Of a DNA stretch of 64,000 nt, positions 8,832 through 19,066 are shown one piece after another. Within the stretch, counting starts at the first letter, position 1; every line of letters begins with the position of its first letter. Made by a program: the position numbers and the translations under genes. Source of the DNA: a virus; the IMG/VR virus record IMGVR_UViG_3300028800_000061, positions 1 to 64,000 of that record; one strand, given 5' to 3'. The notes beneath the pieces are model-generated. The model was not told the origin of the DNA. It saw nothing but the letters and a program-made list of their open reading frames with translations, and ran no database searches.

Positions 8832-9305
8832 ATGGCCGGGCTGGAGACGCCCTTGAAGAGACTGGCTGCCAGGTGGGACATCTGGCGGACCGGTGCACGG
8901 ATCTACGCGGTGCGGAAAGCGCCGCTTACCGCAGTAGAGCTTGATGCCGGATGCGTGCCGCTGGTCGGCGCGATCGACGAAGCGACACTCGCCGGGCGGA
9001 TCGGGATCCTTGAAGATCTTGCGGTCGAAGCTCGCGCCGCAGGTATATCCGGGTTGCCGGAAGGTGCGCGCGGCCTGGCCGCCGCGCTCGTGAGCACCGG
9101 GCTGAACGCGCTCGCTCTCGGGCAGACCGTTGAGCTGCGTTTCCCCGGACGGGAGCTGGTCACGATCCGGCCCGCCTGGGTGGATACCGCGCTGGCGTGG
9201 ATGCTGCCGCAACGCCGTGGCTGCAACGGTCACATTGTGCCCCGCACCCGGACCCAGGAGTTCATCCGGGTCGCAGTCGAGTGCGCCAACGGGCACCGGA
9301 TTTGA
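8832..9305 (+). CDS. Hypothetical protein
   Basis: SD GGGAG, protein-like composition. Confidence 0.55.
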   Translation: MAGLETPLKRLAARWDIWRTGARIYAVRKAPLTAVELDAGCVPLVGAIDEATLAGRIGILEDLAVEARAAGISGLPEGARGLAAALVSTGLNALALGQTVELRFPGRELVTIRPAWVDTALAWMLPQRRGCNGHIVPRTRTQEFIRVAVECANGHRI

Positions 9306-9325
9306 CCTGATTCAGGGATTTTGGG

Positions 9326-9616
9326 GTGTATATCGCCTGGGTTGGCCCAGCAGGAGTGCGGTACCTGACTGATACCCGGTACAGTCCGCTGCGTGGCCGG
9401 GCAGGAACTGCTGCCGACCGGGGCGGCGGGTGGGTTCTACTCGACGCCGCCGCGGTGGCAGCCTTGCGGGCGCTCCGGCCCGATGAAGACTGGCGGATCG
9501 TAGACGCCGGCGATGGCCCGCACATTCACTTCGACACTGAGCGGTACCAGGTACTCCCAGCAGGTGAGATGCGGGAAGGCGATGGCCGTCAGGAAGGGCT
9601 GGCGGATTCCAGATGA
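9326..9616 (+). CDS. Hypothetical protein
   Basis: ATGA-coupled to next ORF. Confidence 0.5.
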   Translation: MYIAWVGPAGVRYLTDTRYSPLRGRAGTAADRGGGWVLLDAAAVAALRALRPDEDWRIVDAGDGPHIHFDTERYQVLPAGEMREGDGRQEGLADSR

Positions 9617-9891
9617 CAGCAACCGGGCTTACAGTCCCGCTGCGTGACACGCTGACCAGGCTTGGGGCGAAGTGGATCCTCCTGCAACGCGGCACCGACA
9701 ACGGCGATCCGGCAGATCCAGATGTTGCCGCCCGTGTCGAGGCAGTAGCCCTTATCGCGACGATCTCACTCAGCCCGGGGGAGCTCGGCGAGTTGGTCGA
9801 CGCGGCACGGGATCTGGCGGACCAGCAGCAGGACAACAACCAGAACTGGCTCCAGTGGGCACGCGACCAGGATGAAAGTGTCGCTCCTTAG
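9613..9891 (+). CDS. Hypothetical protein
   Basis: ATGA overlap. Confidence 0.55.
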   Translation: MTATGLTVPLRDTLTRLGAKWILLQRGTDNGDPADPDVAARVEAVALIATISLSPGELGELVDAARDLADQQQDNNQNWLQWARDQDESVAP

Positions 9892-10476
9892 GCGGCCCGC
9901 GCCCAGGTCAGGTATGTGCGGTGACCGTTCCTGACCAGGTGGTCTCGGAGTTTGGTCATCCACATTGGTGCTATCCGGTGGTTATCGCCGCCGGTGACCG
10001 CGAATCCAAGCCGGCCGGACCGCGAGGGAACTGGCAGGGGCCCGGCCGGGCTGCTGATCCCGCTGGCCGCGATCGCGGCGAGCGCGCTCTCGTCCGTGGG
10101 CGAGTCGAACTCTAGCTGCCACATGGTGATCTCCCCGGTGTGGCCGCCCGGGAGGACAACAGGGGTCCAGCCCGGACGGCCGCGCTCAGCCCAAGGGAAG
10201 AGGCCGTCTACCCCCTTTGAACGCGGTTTCAAAGTAACAACATGGGCAGCAGGATCACAGGACACCAGCCAAGGTTTATCCGTTGTGACGGCAACGGGTG
10301 ATTGATGGCATCCAGGCCGATTCGATCCGGTATGGGCGCATCCTGGGAGCTTCGTTGACCCGGACGATGGCGGCGGGTACTCTGCGCGTCACATCAGGTT
10401 AAGATCAACATCTCGGGACGCCAGGGGGTTATCCCGGGATGTTCTCCTATCCGGCATCGCGTGACGGGGACCACTT

Positions 10477-10740
10477 ATGGTGTTGAACGGCCAGCGGGCG
10501 ATCGCTGGCGGGCTAGGGCTTGCGGCTGCGGCCGCCGCGGTACTTGGCGCACGGTTGCCACGGCAGGTTTACCCTGCCGCACTGGCCGCTGCCGCTGTTG
10601 CCTCGGCGGCAGTGATCGGCAGTGAGATGGTCCGCCGGCAGGGGGACCGGACTGTAGACATGGTCATGGCGTGGCTGGAAATCAAGGAACGGCTTGGCCA
10701 GCCAGAACGAGCGGAGCAGTTGCTGCGGGTAGTGCGCTAG
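10477..10740 (+). CDS. Small membrane protein
   Basis: Two hydrophobic helices, SD GGGGA. Confidence 0.55.
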   Translation: MVLNGQRAIAGGLGLAAAAAAVLGARLPRQVYPAALAAAAVASAAVIGSEMVRRQGDRTVDMVMAWLEIKERLGQPERAEQLLRVVR

Positions 10741-11414
10741 CCGGCGGCCGCTGACCGGCTGAGCGGCGGCCGGGGTGTCATTGTTGTCATCTGGGCGGCT
10801 GCGGACTGGCGGATGGCCATCCGGTCGCGCGCGGGCAGGCCTGGGTGCCGCGCGAGCACTTCCTCAACTTCCAGCAGGGCATCTGCCCGCTCGGGGCTGA
10901 TGTCATCCTGGAGCATCCGCCCGATCGCCACGAGTACCGCGCCGACGCCACCGGGCTCGTCCCCGAAACCTCCGGTGTCGCTGAGCGTCATCAGGGCCTG
11001 GCCGGTGGCTATCAGGTCGGACGCCTGGACGTCACCGGCGCCGTGGAGTGCGAGCTGCTGCCGGAGCAGCGCGATGAAACCTGGTGTGGCAACCGGCATG
11101 CACTGGATCTCATCCACGGTGATGGTGCCATCGAGTGCGCCCTCGAGTGTGCCGATCGGCAGCTTGTAGACGAGGTCCATCTTCCGCAGGTTTGATGCGC
11201 GGAAGATGGTCCGGGAGCCTGAGATCAGATCCAGGACTGTGCGGCCTGTTAGGCCTGCTGCTGCGGCGACCTGCTCGTTCGTCATCCCGAGCTCGGTGCT
11301 GCGGGCTTCGAGCGCCCGGCCGAGATCGGTTCGGTCACGGAGTGAGGTGCGAGGCATCAAAGCTTCCCAGTAGACGAGTGTGGTGCCTCTGATGGTACGG
11401 GTATCCGCCGTCAT
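10737..11414 (-). CDS. XRE-family repressor (cI-like)
   Basis: LGMTNEQVAAAAGLTGRTVLDLISG HTH; SD GGGAG before ATG 11414; divergent from Cro-like gene. Confidence 0.8.
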   Translation of the reverse strand: MTADTRTIRGTTLVYWEALMPRTSLRDRTDLGRALEARSTELGMTNEQVAAAAGLTGRTVLDLISGSRTIFRASNLRKMDLVYKLPIGTLEGALDGTITVDEIQCMPVATPGFIALLRQQLALHGAGDVQASDLIATGQALMTLSDTGGFGDEPGGVGAVLVAIGRMLQDDISPERADALLEVEEVLARHPGLPARDRMAIRQSAAAQMTTMTPRPPLSRSAAAG

Positions 11415-11492
11415 TCGCACTCCCCCCGGGCCCTGTACGGGAGTAGTCTCTGCACCAAGCTGAGATCCGGGTAAGCAATCTCGATTACTTGC

Positions 11493-11531
11493 CGCAACTA
11501 GTTGCGTTACTGTTTGTAAATGTACTACAGT
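11493..11531 (+). promoter_or_regulatory. Rightward promoter with palindromic operator
   Basis: TTGCGT(11502)-N18-TACAGT(11526), 6 nt before ATG 11538 (leaderless); perfect palindrome CGCAACTAGTTGCG 11493-11506. Confidence 0.6.
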
Positions 11532-11537
11532 CTCACC

Positions 11538-11810
11538 ATGCAACAAGTGGTGCGACAGAACGGGCCCGCCCTGCGCGCGGCCCGCGGTGACCGATCGCTC
11601 AGGCACGTCGCTGCAGCGGTCGGCTACCACTACTCGCTCATCGGGAAGGTTGAGCAGGAAGCAACCGCGCTGTCCTGGCGGCTGCTGATCGCTCTTGCGG
11701 GCTTCTATGGAGAAGACCCGCAAGCCTTCATCCGGGAGGACACGCAAGACACCGCCAGCCAGGGAGCCGGGCAGGAGGTGAGGGAGACCGTCAGCGTGGC
11801 GGCCTTATAA
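11538..11810 (+). CDS. Cro-like XRE HTH protein
   Basis: ALRAARGDRSLRHVAAAVGYHYSLIGKVEQ. Confidence 0.8.
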   Translation: MQQVVRQNGPALRAARGDRSLRHVAAAVGYHYSLIGKVEQEATALSWRLLIALAGFYGEDPQAFIREDTQDTASQGAGQEVRETVSVAAL

Positions 11811-11936
11811 CGCAAACAGCCCGCCACCGGTATGAGCGGGGCGGGCCGTGAGCGGGAAGTCTGTGTGCGCAGCTTCCAGACATCAGGTGGAGACACCTAA
11901 CACCTACGACCCCGATCTTAACTCGGGAGGAGACAA

Positions 11937-12602
11937 ATGGAAACAGGAATCGCCGGAAACGGCGAGATCCTTAACAAGAGGCCTGTGCGGGCCCTCGCGG
12001 TACGGGTCGGCACCCTTATCTGGGCGTCATGGCATATCGACGCGGACCGCGATGAAGCACTGCACCAGGCGCTGACCGTCGCCGACTCAACACACCCGCT
12101 GCTCGATGTGCTGACCCTGCTGGGTGAACTCGAGGAAGCTCTCCGGGTCCGCGCCGAGCTTGAGGTCGACGGGGACGCCTGGACCAGTCACTTCGATCTG
12201 CACGACGCGCAGCCAGGTGACCGTGTCGAACTTGCCCGGGAACTGGCCCACCAGCGCATCGATCACGTGCTCGGCTGCCTGCTGCGCAACCCGGCACGCC
12301 ATCCGGCCGCAGACGGCCGGCCCGAAAGGATTGCCCCCCCAATGGATGCCACGATCACCTGCGGAAACCTGTGCGGTGCCACATGGGCCGCCGGATCGTC
12401 AGCCACCTTTGCTACTGCGCGCACGCAAGCAGTCACCGCCGGGTGGAAGCCCGGCCGCGATGGCGTGATCCTCTGCGCCGACTGCCCGGACGTGTACGAC
12501 TTCGAGCTGCCAACCCAGGACCAGCTCAACGCGGCGACGCTTGATGACATGCGCCGCGCCCACGAGTTCGTGCACGGGCTCACGGTGGGGGTGGCTGCCT
12601 GA
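11937..12602 (+). CDS. Hypothetical protein with Zn-ribbon
   Basis: SD GGAGG; CGNLC...LCADC. Confidence 0.7.
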   Translation: METGIAGNGEILNKRPVRALAVRVGTLIWASWHIDADRDEALHQALTVADSTHPLLDVLTLLGELEEALRVRAELEVDGDAWTSHFDLHDAQPGDRVELARELAHQRIDHVLGCLLRNPARHPAADGRPERIAPPMDATITCGNLCGATWAAGSSATFATARTQAVTAGWKPGRDGVILCADCPDVYDFELPTQDQLNAATLDDMRRAHEFVHGLTVGVAA

Positions 12603-13588
12603 TGGGCGAGTTCACCTACACTGACGCATCCCGCCAAGGCTCTTTCCTCCGGATGGGCATCGATGGCCCGGCTGGATCGGGGAAGACGTACACGGCACTG
12701 GCGGTCGCGTGCGCGATGGCTGCGGCGACCGGCGGCCGGGTCGGCATGATCGACACGGAGCGCGGATCCGGGCGCAAGTACGCCCCCCCGTTCACGTTCA
12801 AGCACCTGAACTTCACCCCGCCCTACCACCCGGACCGGCTGACCCGGTGCCTTGCCGAGTCCGCTGAGTACGGCATCACCCACCTGGTTATCGACACGTG
12901 GTCCCGGTACTGGGGCGGCGCCGGCGGCATGCTGCAACTGGTCGATGAGGCCACAGCGCGCGACGGCGGCCGCAGCAACTTCAACTCCGGCTGGAAGTCG
13001 ATGCGGCCTACGGAAGCCGCAATGATCGAAGCCATGCTCGGGTACCCCGGGCACCTGTTCGTCACGCTGAGGGTCAAGACCGATTACCAGGTCACCAACG
13101 TCGGCGGGCAGACCAAGGTCGCGAAACTCGGACTCAAGCCTGAGCAGCGCGAAGGCATGGAGTATGAGTTCGATGTCGTCGGCGACATGGATCAGGACAA
13201 CAACCTGGTGATCTCCAAAACCCGCTGCCCTGAGCTCAACGGCGGCGTGTACCACCAGCCCGGCAATGACTTCGCTGCGATCCTCGTCGACTGGCTTGGC
13301 ACGATGACCAGCACCATGACCGCACTCGACTACCGTGCGGCCGCGCTCGATCCGGCTGCCACCTTTGACAGCATGCGGGCGCTGCTTACCAAGGCCACCG
13401 ATGAGCAGATGCTCGGCGCGGTGGTCCTTGACCGAGCAGATGTCCCGATCCGGGTCGAGGACCTCATCAAGCAGGTCGGCTTTGAGAAGCGCGCCGCATT
13501 GAAGGCCGCGTCAGCGCCCCCGGCAGCGTCAGCCGGCCAGCCGGCTAAGAGCACGGCTGGCACGGTCAACGGGCAGGCGGCGGCATGA
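12602..13588 (+). CDS. AAA_24 / Sak4-like recombination ATPase
   Basis: GPAGSGKTYTAL, IDTE, VIDTWSRYW, EYEFD, KTRC. Confidence 0.85.
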   Translation: MGEFTYTDASRQGSFLRMGIDGPAGSGKTYTALAVACAMAAATGGRVGMIDTERGSGRKYAPPFTFKHLNFTPPYHPDRLTRCLAESAEYGITHLVIDTWSRYWGGAGGMLQLVDEATARDGGRSNFNSGWKSMRPTEAAMIEAMLGYPGHLFVTLRVKTDYQVTNVGGQTKVAKLGLKPEQREGMEYEFDVVGDMDQDNNLVISKTRCPELNGGVYHQPGNDFAAILVDWLGTMTSTMTALDYRAAALDPAATFDSMRALLTKATDEQMLGAVVLDRADVPIRVEDLIKQVGFEKRAALKAASAPPAASAGQPAKSTAGTVNGQAAA

Positions 13589-14112
13589 CCCCCGCAGAGG
13601 ACCGGTTGCTCGCCGCCGTCCTGATGGTACTCGAGGGCGATGTCAAAGATGAGTACGGGGCCGTCAAGGAGAGTGTTCTCCGGGCCATGCAAGACCTGGA
13701 CGTTAAAACAGCGTTCATGCGGCTGCCTGATGGCACGATCGCCGGCACATGGACTGTCGTCCGCAGCGAAGCCAAAGCGCAGGTCACCAATGCCCGCCTT
13801 TTCAAGGCTTGGGTGGAGAAAATGCACCCGGAAGGCTTGGAGACCATCGTCCGGAAGAACTTCACCGACGCCGTCCTCAAAGAGTGCGACACCGCACAGG
13901 AGCCTGTTGACCGGGTCACCGGTGAGGTGATCCCTGGTGTCGAGTTTGTCCGGGGTGAGCCGTATGTCACGCCTGCGTTCGTGAAGGGTGACCGGGACGG
14001 GAAAGAGCTGATCCGCCGAGCATGGCGCAGCCGACAGGTTGATCTCAACGAGTTGCTCGCGCTCGCCCTCGGCGCTGGCTCTGACAGCAGCGGTGAGGGG
14101 GCCGCTGCGTGA
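13585..14112 (+). CDS. Phage-type hypothetical protein
   Basis: Coupled to Sak4-like gene; VDRVTGEVIPGVEF. Confidence 0.7.
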   Translation: MTPAEDRLLAAVLMVLEGDVKDEYGAVKESVLRAMQDLDVKTAFMRLPDGTIAGTWTVVRSEAKAQVTNARLFKAWVEKMHPEGLETIVRKNFTDAVLKECDTAQEPVDRVTGEVIPGVEFVRGEPYVTPAFVKGDRDGKELIRRAWRSRQVDLNELLALALGAGSDSSGEGAAA

Positions 14113-14402
14113 TAATCCCCGCCGTCGCGCGGTGGCTGCGTGCGCTGGCCAGCCGGCTGGACCCGCCCGGTCCGGTGCGGCTGGCCAGCGTGCCGCGGGT
14201 GCCGTGCGGGAACTGTGGCGGCCCGACCGTCAAGATGATGCCGTGGACGCAGGTGCGAACCTGCCCAGGGGCTGTCGGGCTGATTGTCGGCGGCGAGACT
14301 GTCACCCACCTTGGCCCTGGGGAAGCGGCCCGTATCGCCCAGGAGCTTGATGACGGTGCACGCCATGTACTTGCGCACGCGGACAGGGCTGAGGCCGCGT
14401 GA
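14109..14402 (+). CDS. Hypothetical protein
   Basis: 4-bp overlaps on both sides. Confidence 0.6.
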   Translation: MIIPAVARWLRALASRLDPPGPVRLASVPRVPCGNCGGPTVKMMPWTQVRTCPGAVGLIVGGETVTHLGPGEAARIAQELDDGARHVLAHADRAEAA

Positions 14403-14944
14403 GCGAGATGCGGCGCCGCCAGGCGCCACTACAGCGCCACACCCGGCTCAAACGCGGGCCCGGCCCGGCCAGGACCGAACTGCGCAGGACACCGTTTGAG
14501 CCGAAACTTCCGGCGCCACGCTGGCGGCCGCCTGATGTGCCGGCGCTACTGCCTGGTGACGTGCCAGCCGTCTGGGCGGATAGCCCGCCGCGGCCCGCCC
14601 GGGCGAAACCTAAGCGGCGGGTGCCGCTGGCGAAAGCCAGTTACAAGCAGGCCGCGCTCAACCGGCAACGGCAGATCCTGCTGGATCAGCTGCGGGTGAA
14701 TCCGGTCAAATGTGAGGTGCCCTGGTGCACGCTCCTGGCCGATGACCCGCATGAGCCACTAACCCGTGCCCGCGGCGGATCAATCGTCGACCTGGGCAAC
14801 ATCCGGCTGATCTGCCGGATGCACCACCGTGAGATCCACGACACCGAGCCCCCGTGGGCGTACGAGCTCGGGTTCCTCAAACACTCCGGACGGCCGAGTA
14901 AAGCTGTCCGGCGGGCGAACACTGCGGATGGTGAGGCGGCATGA
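14399..14944 (+). CDS. HNH endonuclease-like protein
   Basis: CEVPWC...PHEPLTRARGGSIVDLGNIRLICRMHHREIH. Confidence 0.8.
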   Translation: MSEMRRRQAPLQRHTRLKRGPGPARTELRRTPFEPKLPAPRWRPPDVPALLPGDVPAVWADSPPRPARAKPKRRVPLAKASYKQAALNRQRQILLDQLRVNPVKCEVPWCTLLADDPHEPLTRARGGSIVDLGNIRLICRMHHREIHDTEPPWAYELGFLKHSGRPSKAVRRANTADGEAA

Positions 14945-15336
14945 CTGTTCCGCCGGCCAGCGGCACACAGGCGACCCCCGAGGGTGGTGCGCGAACGAGC
15001 CAACCACCTTCGGGGGAACCAGCCGCGTGGCTCCGGCGGGTAATCAGCAAGTTCCCCAGCGAGTTGGCACTGACCCGGGCCCCAGGCGGGGAGTGGCAGA
15101 TGACTGTCACAGCGGCACCTGACCTGACCGGGCAGATCACCACAACCGATTTGCGGTTCCTAGAGCAGTTCGCCGATGCGTACGACGCGTACCGGCGGGC
15201 GCAAGCGCACATGTGCGAGTGCGGTCATTCATTCAACATGCACCAGATCACGAGTGTGAACAAGCATTGCAATCACATTCCGTGCGGGTGCCTGCGGTAC
15301 CGGAGGAGACACCGGAATGGCGTGGATAACGACTGA
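14941..15336 (+). CDS. Hypothetical protein with C-terminal Cys/His finger
   Basis: CECGHSFNMH...CNHIPCGC. Confidence 0.6.
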   Translation: MTVPPASGTQATPEGGARTSQPPSGEPAAWLRRVISKFPSELALTRAPGGEWQMTVTAAPDLTGQITTTDLRFLEQFADAYDAYRRAQAHMCECGHSFNMHQITSVNKHCNHIPCGCLRYRRRHRNGVDND

Positions 15337-15355
15337 ACGGGCGGGAGGGTAGGCC

Positions 15356-16387
15356 GTGGCGATCAATGTCATGGGTGATGTGTGGGCCTTCTCCCGCTCA
15401 GCGCATGGTGCCCGGCTCGTTCTGCTCGCGATAGCTGATGATGCGAGCAGCGACGGGACGGATGCCACCTCGAAGATCCCTGATTTGATGCGGAAAGCGA
15501 ACCTGTCGGAGCGCGCGGTACAGAACGCGATCACTGCGCTGCTCGGGCTGGGGGAGCTGAAAGTGGATGTGGGGCTGGGAAAGGACGGGGCTAACCGGTA
15601 CCGGGTGACGGTGCGACCCCCCGCAATATCTGCGCCCCCCGCAATATCTGCGCCCCCCGCAGGATCTGCGCCTGATAGTGCGTTTGGCCAGGTCAACGGG
15701 GTGCTCCCCGCAGATTCTGCGGGGGTGCAAGACGTGCACCCCCCCGCAGATTCTGCGCCCCCCGCAGAAATTGCGGGGCAAACACTGTTTCCGCAGGTCA
15801 ACGGGCATGCCCCCGCAGATTCTGCGCCCCCGCAGGATCTGCACCCCCCCGCAGATTCTGCGCCCCCCGCAAAAATTGCGGGGCTACTGTTTCCGCAGGT
15901 CAGAGACTGTGCCCCCGCAGATTCTGCGCCTGTTGCAACCACTTGCAACGTTAGAGTTATTAGTAGTGTTACTAGTGGTACAACAAACAAAGATCAAAAA
16001 GAACTAACGTTGCAAGCCAGCGCGATCGAAGCCTGCAACCACCTCGCCACCTGGATCGCCCTCAACAACCCAGGCCACCCCGCACCGCGGATCACGAAAG
16101 CGTGGCTTGAGTCGGCAAGGCGCCTGTTCACCCGCGATCAACGGACCCTGTCCCAGGTGCTCACCGTCATCGACTGGTGCCAGCAGCACGACTTCTGGTG
16201 CACCAACATCCTGTCGATGCGGAAGTTCCGCGACCAGTACATGCAACTCGAAGCTCAGGTCAGGCGCGAGCTGCGCCACACGACCGGGCACACTCCGGCG
16301 AACGGGAACGGGAACGGTCGGCAGTACGCGCCCGGCTCCGGCCCGCTAGCAATCCCGGACACCGACTACGCGAATGCCCGACTGTGA
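15356..16387 (+). CDS. Phage-type replication initiator (N-terminal wHTH, internal iterons)
   Basis: ARLVLLAIADDA...LMRKANLSERAVQNAI; C-terminal IDWCQQHDFWCTNILSMRKFRDQY; precedes loader and dnaB. Confidence 0.85.
   Translation: MAINVMGDVWAFSRSAHGARLVLLAIADDASSDGTDATSKIPDLMRKANLSERAVQNAITALLGLGELKVDVGLGKDGANRYRVTVRPPAISAPPAISAPPAGSAPDSAFGQVNGVLPADSAGVQDVHPPADSAPPAEIAGQTLFPQVNGHAPADSAPPQDLHPPADSAPPAKIAGLLFPQVRDCAPADSAPVATTCNVRVISSVTSGTTNKDQKELTLQASAIEACNHLATWIALNNPGHPAPRITKAWLESARRLFTRDQRTLSQVLTVIDWCQQHDFWCTNILSMRKFRDQYMQLEAQVRRELRHTTGHTPANGNGNGRQYAPGSGPLAIPDTDYANARL
15620..16015. repeat. Putative replication origin: ~11 CGCA-N5-TGCG iterons plus AT-rich unwinding element
   Basis: CCCGCAGATTCTGCG-type repeats 15620-15930 followed by AT-rich tract 15930-16015, lambda ori-like layout. 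Confidence 0.8.
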
Positions 16388-16971
16388 CCGGCCTGGGGGA
16401 GTACGACGACCGCGCCGAGCAGGCCGCGGCGTACCGGGCCCGGCAAACCCGTGACGCCCTAGCCCGCTGGGAAGCCCTGATCCCGTTTGATCTCCGCGAC
16501 CAGGGCACGCTGCACCCAGATGTTGCCGAGTGGGCCGCGCAGCTCGCCGCCGGCGAGTATCCGGGGAACCTGACGCTGTACGGGGTGATCGGCGCCGGGA
16601 AAACCTGGCAGGCCATGCACGCCATCACCGCGGCGATCGGCACCGGGTTCACCGGAACCATCCAGTTCATCAAACCGGAAGCGTGGAAAGACGCAATCGG
16701 CCCGCCATCTGACCGGGCTGCGTTGCAGCGCATGGGACGCTGCGGCGTCCTCATCCTCGACGACCTCGGCGAGAAACGCCTTGGTGAGTACGACCTCGAA
16801 AAGCTGTACGACATCGCCGATCCGCGTTGCGGGTGGCACAGGCCGATCGTGATCACCACCAACGCCGAGGATGTGCGCGGCCTGCTCGGTGAGCGGGTCG
16901 CATCCCGGATGAAGAAACACGGGCGGCTGGTCCACATCCCGGGCGGCGACCGGCGAAGGGGAGAGCAATGA
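16384..16971 (+). CDS. DnaC/IstB-like ATPase (helicase loader)
   Basis: GVIGAGKT, LILDDLG, IVITTN, GERVASRM; GTGA overlap with initiator. Confidence 0.88.
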   Translation: MTGLGEYDDRAEQAAAYRARQTRDALARWEALIPFDLRDQGTLHPDVAEWAAQLAAGEYPGNLTLYGVIGAGKTWQAMHAITAAIGTGFTGTIQFIKPEAWKDAIGPPSDRAALQRMGRCGVLILDDLGEKRLGEYDLEKLYDIADPRCGWHRPIVITTNAEDVRGLLGERVASRMKKHGRLVHIPGGDRRRGEQ

Positions 16972-18455
16972 GGGCAGGCATGGGCGACTTCAGTAAATCG
17001 CTGCTTCCTGGTGGCCCGCCGGTCGCGCTAGCAGATCCGGAAATCGCACGGGAACTCATCCAGATGGAGCAAGCGGTGCTCTGCGGAATGATGCAATCCC
17101 GGGAAGCCACCATGTCGATCGCGCCAGCGTTGAAGCCACGCGATTTCGTCCAGGGCTCCCACATCCTGATCTACGAGGCCTGCGTCGCCCTGGCCGATGC
17201 CGGTAAGCCTGTCAGTGTCGAAACGGTCCTCGACAAACTGATCGACCTGGGGACGCTCGATCAGATGGGCGGCGGCGTATACCTGCACACCTGCTGGCAG
17301 TTGCACACCATCCCCGCTGAAGCTCTGCACCTGGCGGGAAAGCTGCGCGGGCGTGCGCAACTCCGTGAACTGGAAGTTTTCGGCGCGCAACTAACCCAGC
17401 GCGCAAGAGGGCCTGCTGTCGATTTCGACGAGGTGGCGTTGTGGTCAGGCGACCGGCTCGCTGAAATCCAGCTCGGCGGAACAATCGAGGAAGTGCTGTC
17501 CGCTGCGGACATCCTGCCGCACGTGATCGACGCCCTCGAGAACCAGGCACCGCCCAGGGGTGTCCGCCTGCCGTACACGGATCTCGCGGCGATTGTGCCC
17601 AGGCTCAAACCAGGACGGCTGGTAATCATCGCGGCCCGGCCAGCGGTCGGCAAATCCACGATGGCCATTGACATCGGCCGGGAAGTCGCAGTCCGGCAGC
17701 ACGGCACCGTTGTGATCTTCTCCTTGGAGATGGATAGCTCCGAGTTGATGCACCGGGTCCTCGCCGCTGAGGCACTGGTGGATCTGCAATGCATCGAAGA
17801 CAAAACCCTCAACGATGACCTCTGGGCGCGGCTGAACCAGGCATTCGCCCGGGTGAGCCCCGCACCCCTGTACATCGACGACGAGCCGAACACCTCAGTC
17901 GCACGAATCCGCTTGCAGGTAGCCGGCATGATCCGGGCAGGCAACACACCAGACCTGGTGATAGTTGACTTCATCCAGCTGATCGAGCCGGTGAAAGCGG
18001 AAAGCCGGGAGCAGCAAGTGTCGCAAATGTCGAGGCAACTGAAGCTGCTCGCCCGCGAGCTCGATATCCCCGTCGTGGTGTGCGCCCAGCTGAACCGGGG
18101 CCCGGAGCAACGCGCCGATAAACGCCCGCTGCTATCGGATCTGCGTGAGTCCGGTGCGCTGGAGCAAAACGCGGACCTGGTAATCCTGATCCACCGGCCC
18201 GAACTGTACGACGAGCACACAGAGCAGCGCGGTATCGCCGAGGCGATCGTGGCGAAGCAACGCCAGGGCCGTACCGGAGTGGTGGAGCTCGGCTTCCAGG
18301 GCGAGTACGCCCGGCTTGTCGACCTCGCCCGGCAAACCGGCTTCGACGAAGTGAAACCGCCCGAGAGGTACGAGCGGCCGGATGACCGCGACGACCCTCT
18401 TGATGACAGCCCGCCAGTCCCGGTGCCAGCGGCACGGCCGGTGCGGGTCGCATGA
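16968..18455 (+). CDS. dnaB: Replicative DNA helicase
   Basis: AARPAVGKST, FSLEM, VDFIQL, QLNRGPEQRADKRPLLSDLRESGALEQNAD. Confidence 0.96.
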   Translation: MRAGMGDFSKSLLPGGPPVALADPEIARELIQMEQAVLCGMMQSREATMSIAPALKPRDFVQGSHILIYEACVALADAGKPVSVETVLDKLIDLGTLDQMGGGVYLHTCWQLHTIPAEALHLAGKLRGRAQLRELEVFGAQLTQRARGPAVDFDEVALWSGDRLAEIQLGGTIEEVLSAADILPHVIDALENQAPPRGVRLPYTDLAAIVPRLKPGRLVIIAARPAVGKSTMAIDIGREVAVRQHGTVVIFSLEMDSSELMHRVLAAEALVDLQCIEDKTLNDDLWARLNQAFARVSPAPLYIDDEPNTSVARIRLQVAGMIRAGNTPDLVIVDFIQLIEPVKAESREQQVSQMSRQLKLLARELDIPVVVCAQLNRGPEQRADKRPLLSDLRESGALEQNADLVILIHRPELYDEHTEQRGIAEAIVAKQRQGRTGVVELGFQGEYARLVDLARQTGFDEVKPPERYERPDDRDDPLDDSPPVPVPAARPVRVA

Positions 18456-18514
18456 ACGTGAGGGCGGCGTAAACCCGCGGCGCCCTTTCACCCCCCAACT
18501 GGAGGAGACACCAG

Positions 18515-19051
18515 ATGGCAGCAGGAGACACCCAGATCACCATCGCCGGCAACGTGGTCGACGATCCGGAACTGCGGTACACCCCGACCGGGCAGGCCGT
18601 CACCAACTTCCGGGTGGCGTCAACGCCGAGGTTCCTGGACAAGGCCACGAACGAGTGGAAGGACGGCGACTCGCTGTTCCTCACCTGCAACGTGTGGCGG
18701 CAGGCTGCGGAGAACGTCGCCGAGTCGCTGCAGCGCGGCATGCGGGTGATCGTCACCGGCCGGCTCAAGCAGCGCACCTACGAAACCAAGGAAGGCGAGA
18801 AGCGCACCGTCTTCGAGGTCGAGGTGGACGACGTCGGCCCGTCGCTGCGCAACGCCTCCGCTGTGGTCAAGAAGACCAGCCGCCAGCCCGGGTTTGGTGG
18901 TGGCGACGCGGGCCCGGCCGCCCCGCCGCAGGCGACCGCCCGCCCGGCCGCCCGGCCGGCGCAGCCCGGTCCTGCCGACGACCCGTGGGCAGACCCCGCC
19001 CCCGCCACCGCGGGCGGCGGCCAGTACCGCGGCGCCGAGCCGCCGTTCTAA
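18515..19051 (+). CDS. ssb: Single-stranded DNA-binding protein
   Basis: [19 protein letters not shown]...DDPW...EPPF actinobacterial SSB. Confidence 0.97.
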   Translation: MAAGDTQITIAGNVVDDPELRYTPTGQAVTNFRVASTPRFLDKATNEWKDGDSLFLTCNVWRQAAENVAESLQRGMRVIVTGRLKQRTYETKEGEKRTVFEVEVDDVGPSLRNASAVVKKTSRQPGFGGGDAGPAAPPQATARPAARPAQPGPADDPWADPAPATAGGGQYRGAEPPF

Positions 19052-19066
19052 CCGGAAAGGAACACC

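Noticed and set aside
9888-10265. 125-aa minus-strand ORF
   Set aside because: Plausible but has no SD or motif; insufficient support
15620-15930. Regularly spaced repeats resembling a CRISPR array
   Set aside because: Short degenerate units inside the initiator CDS, no unique spacers or cas genes; iterons explain them
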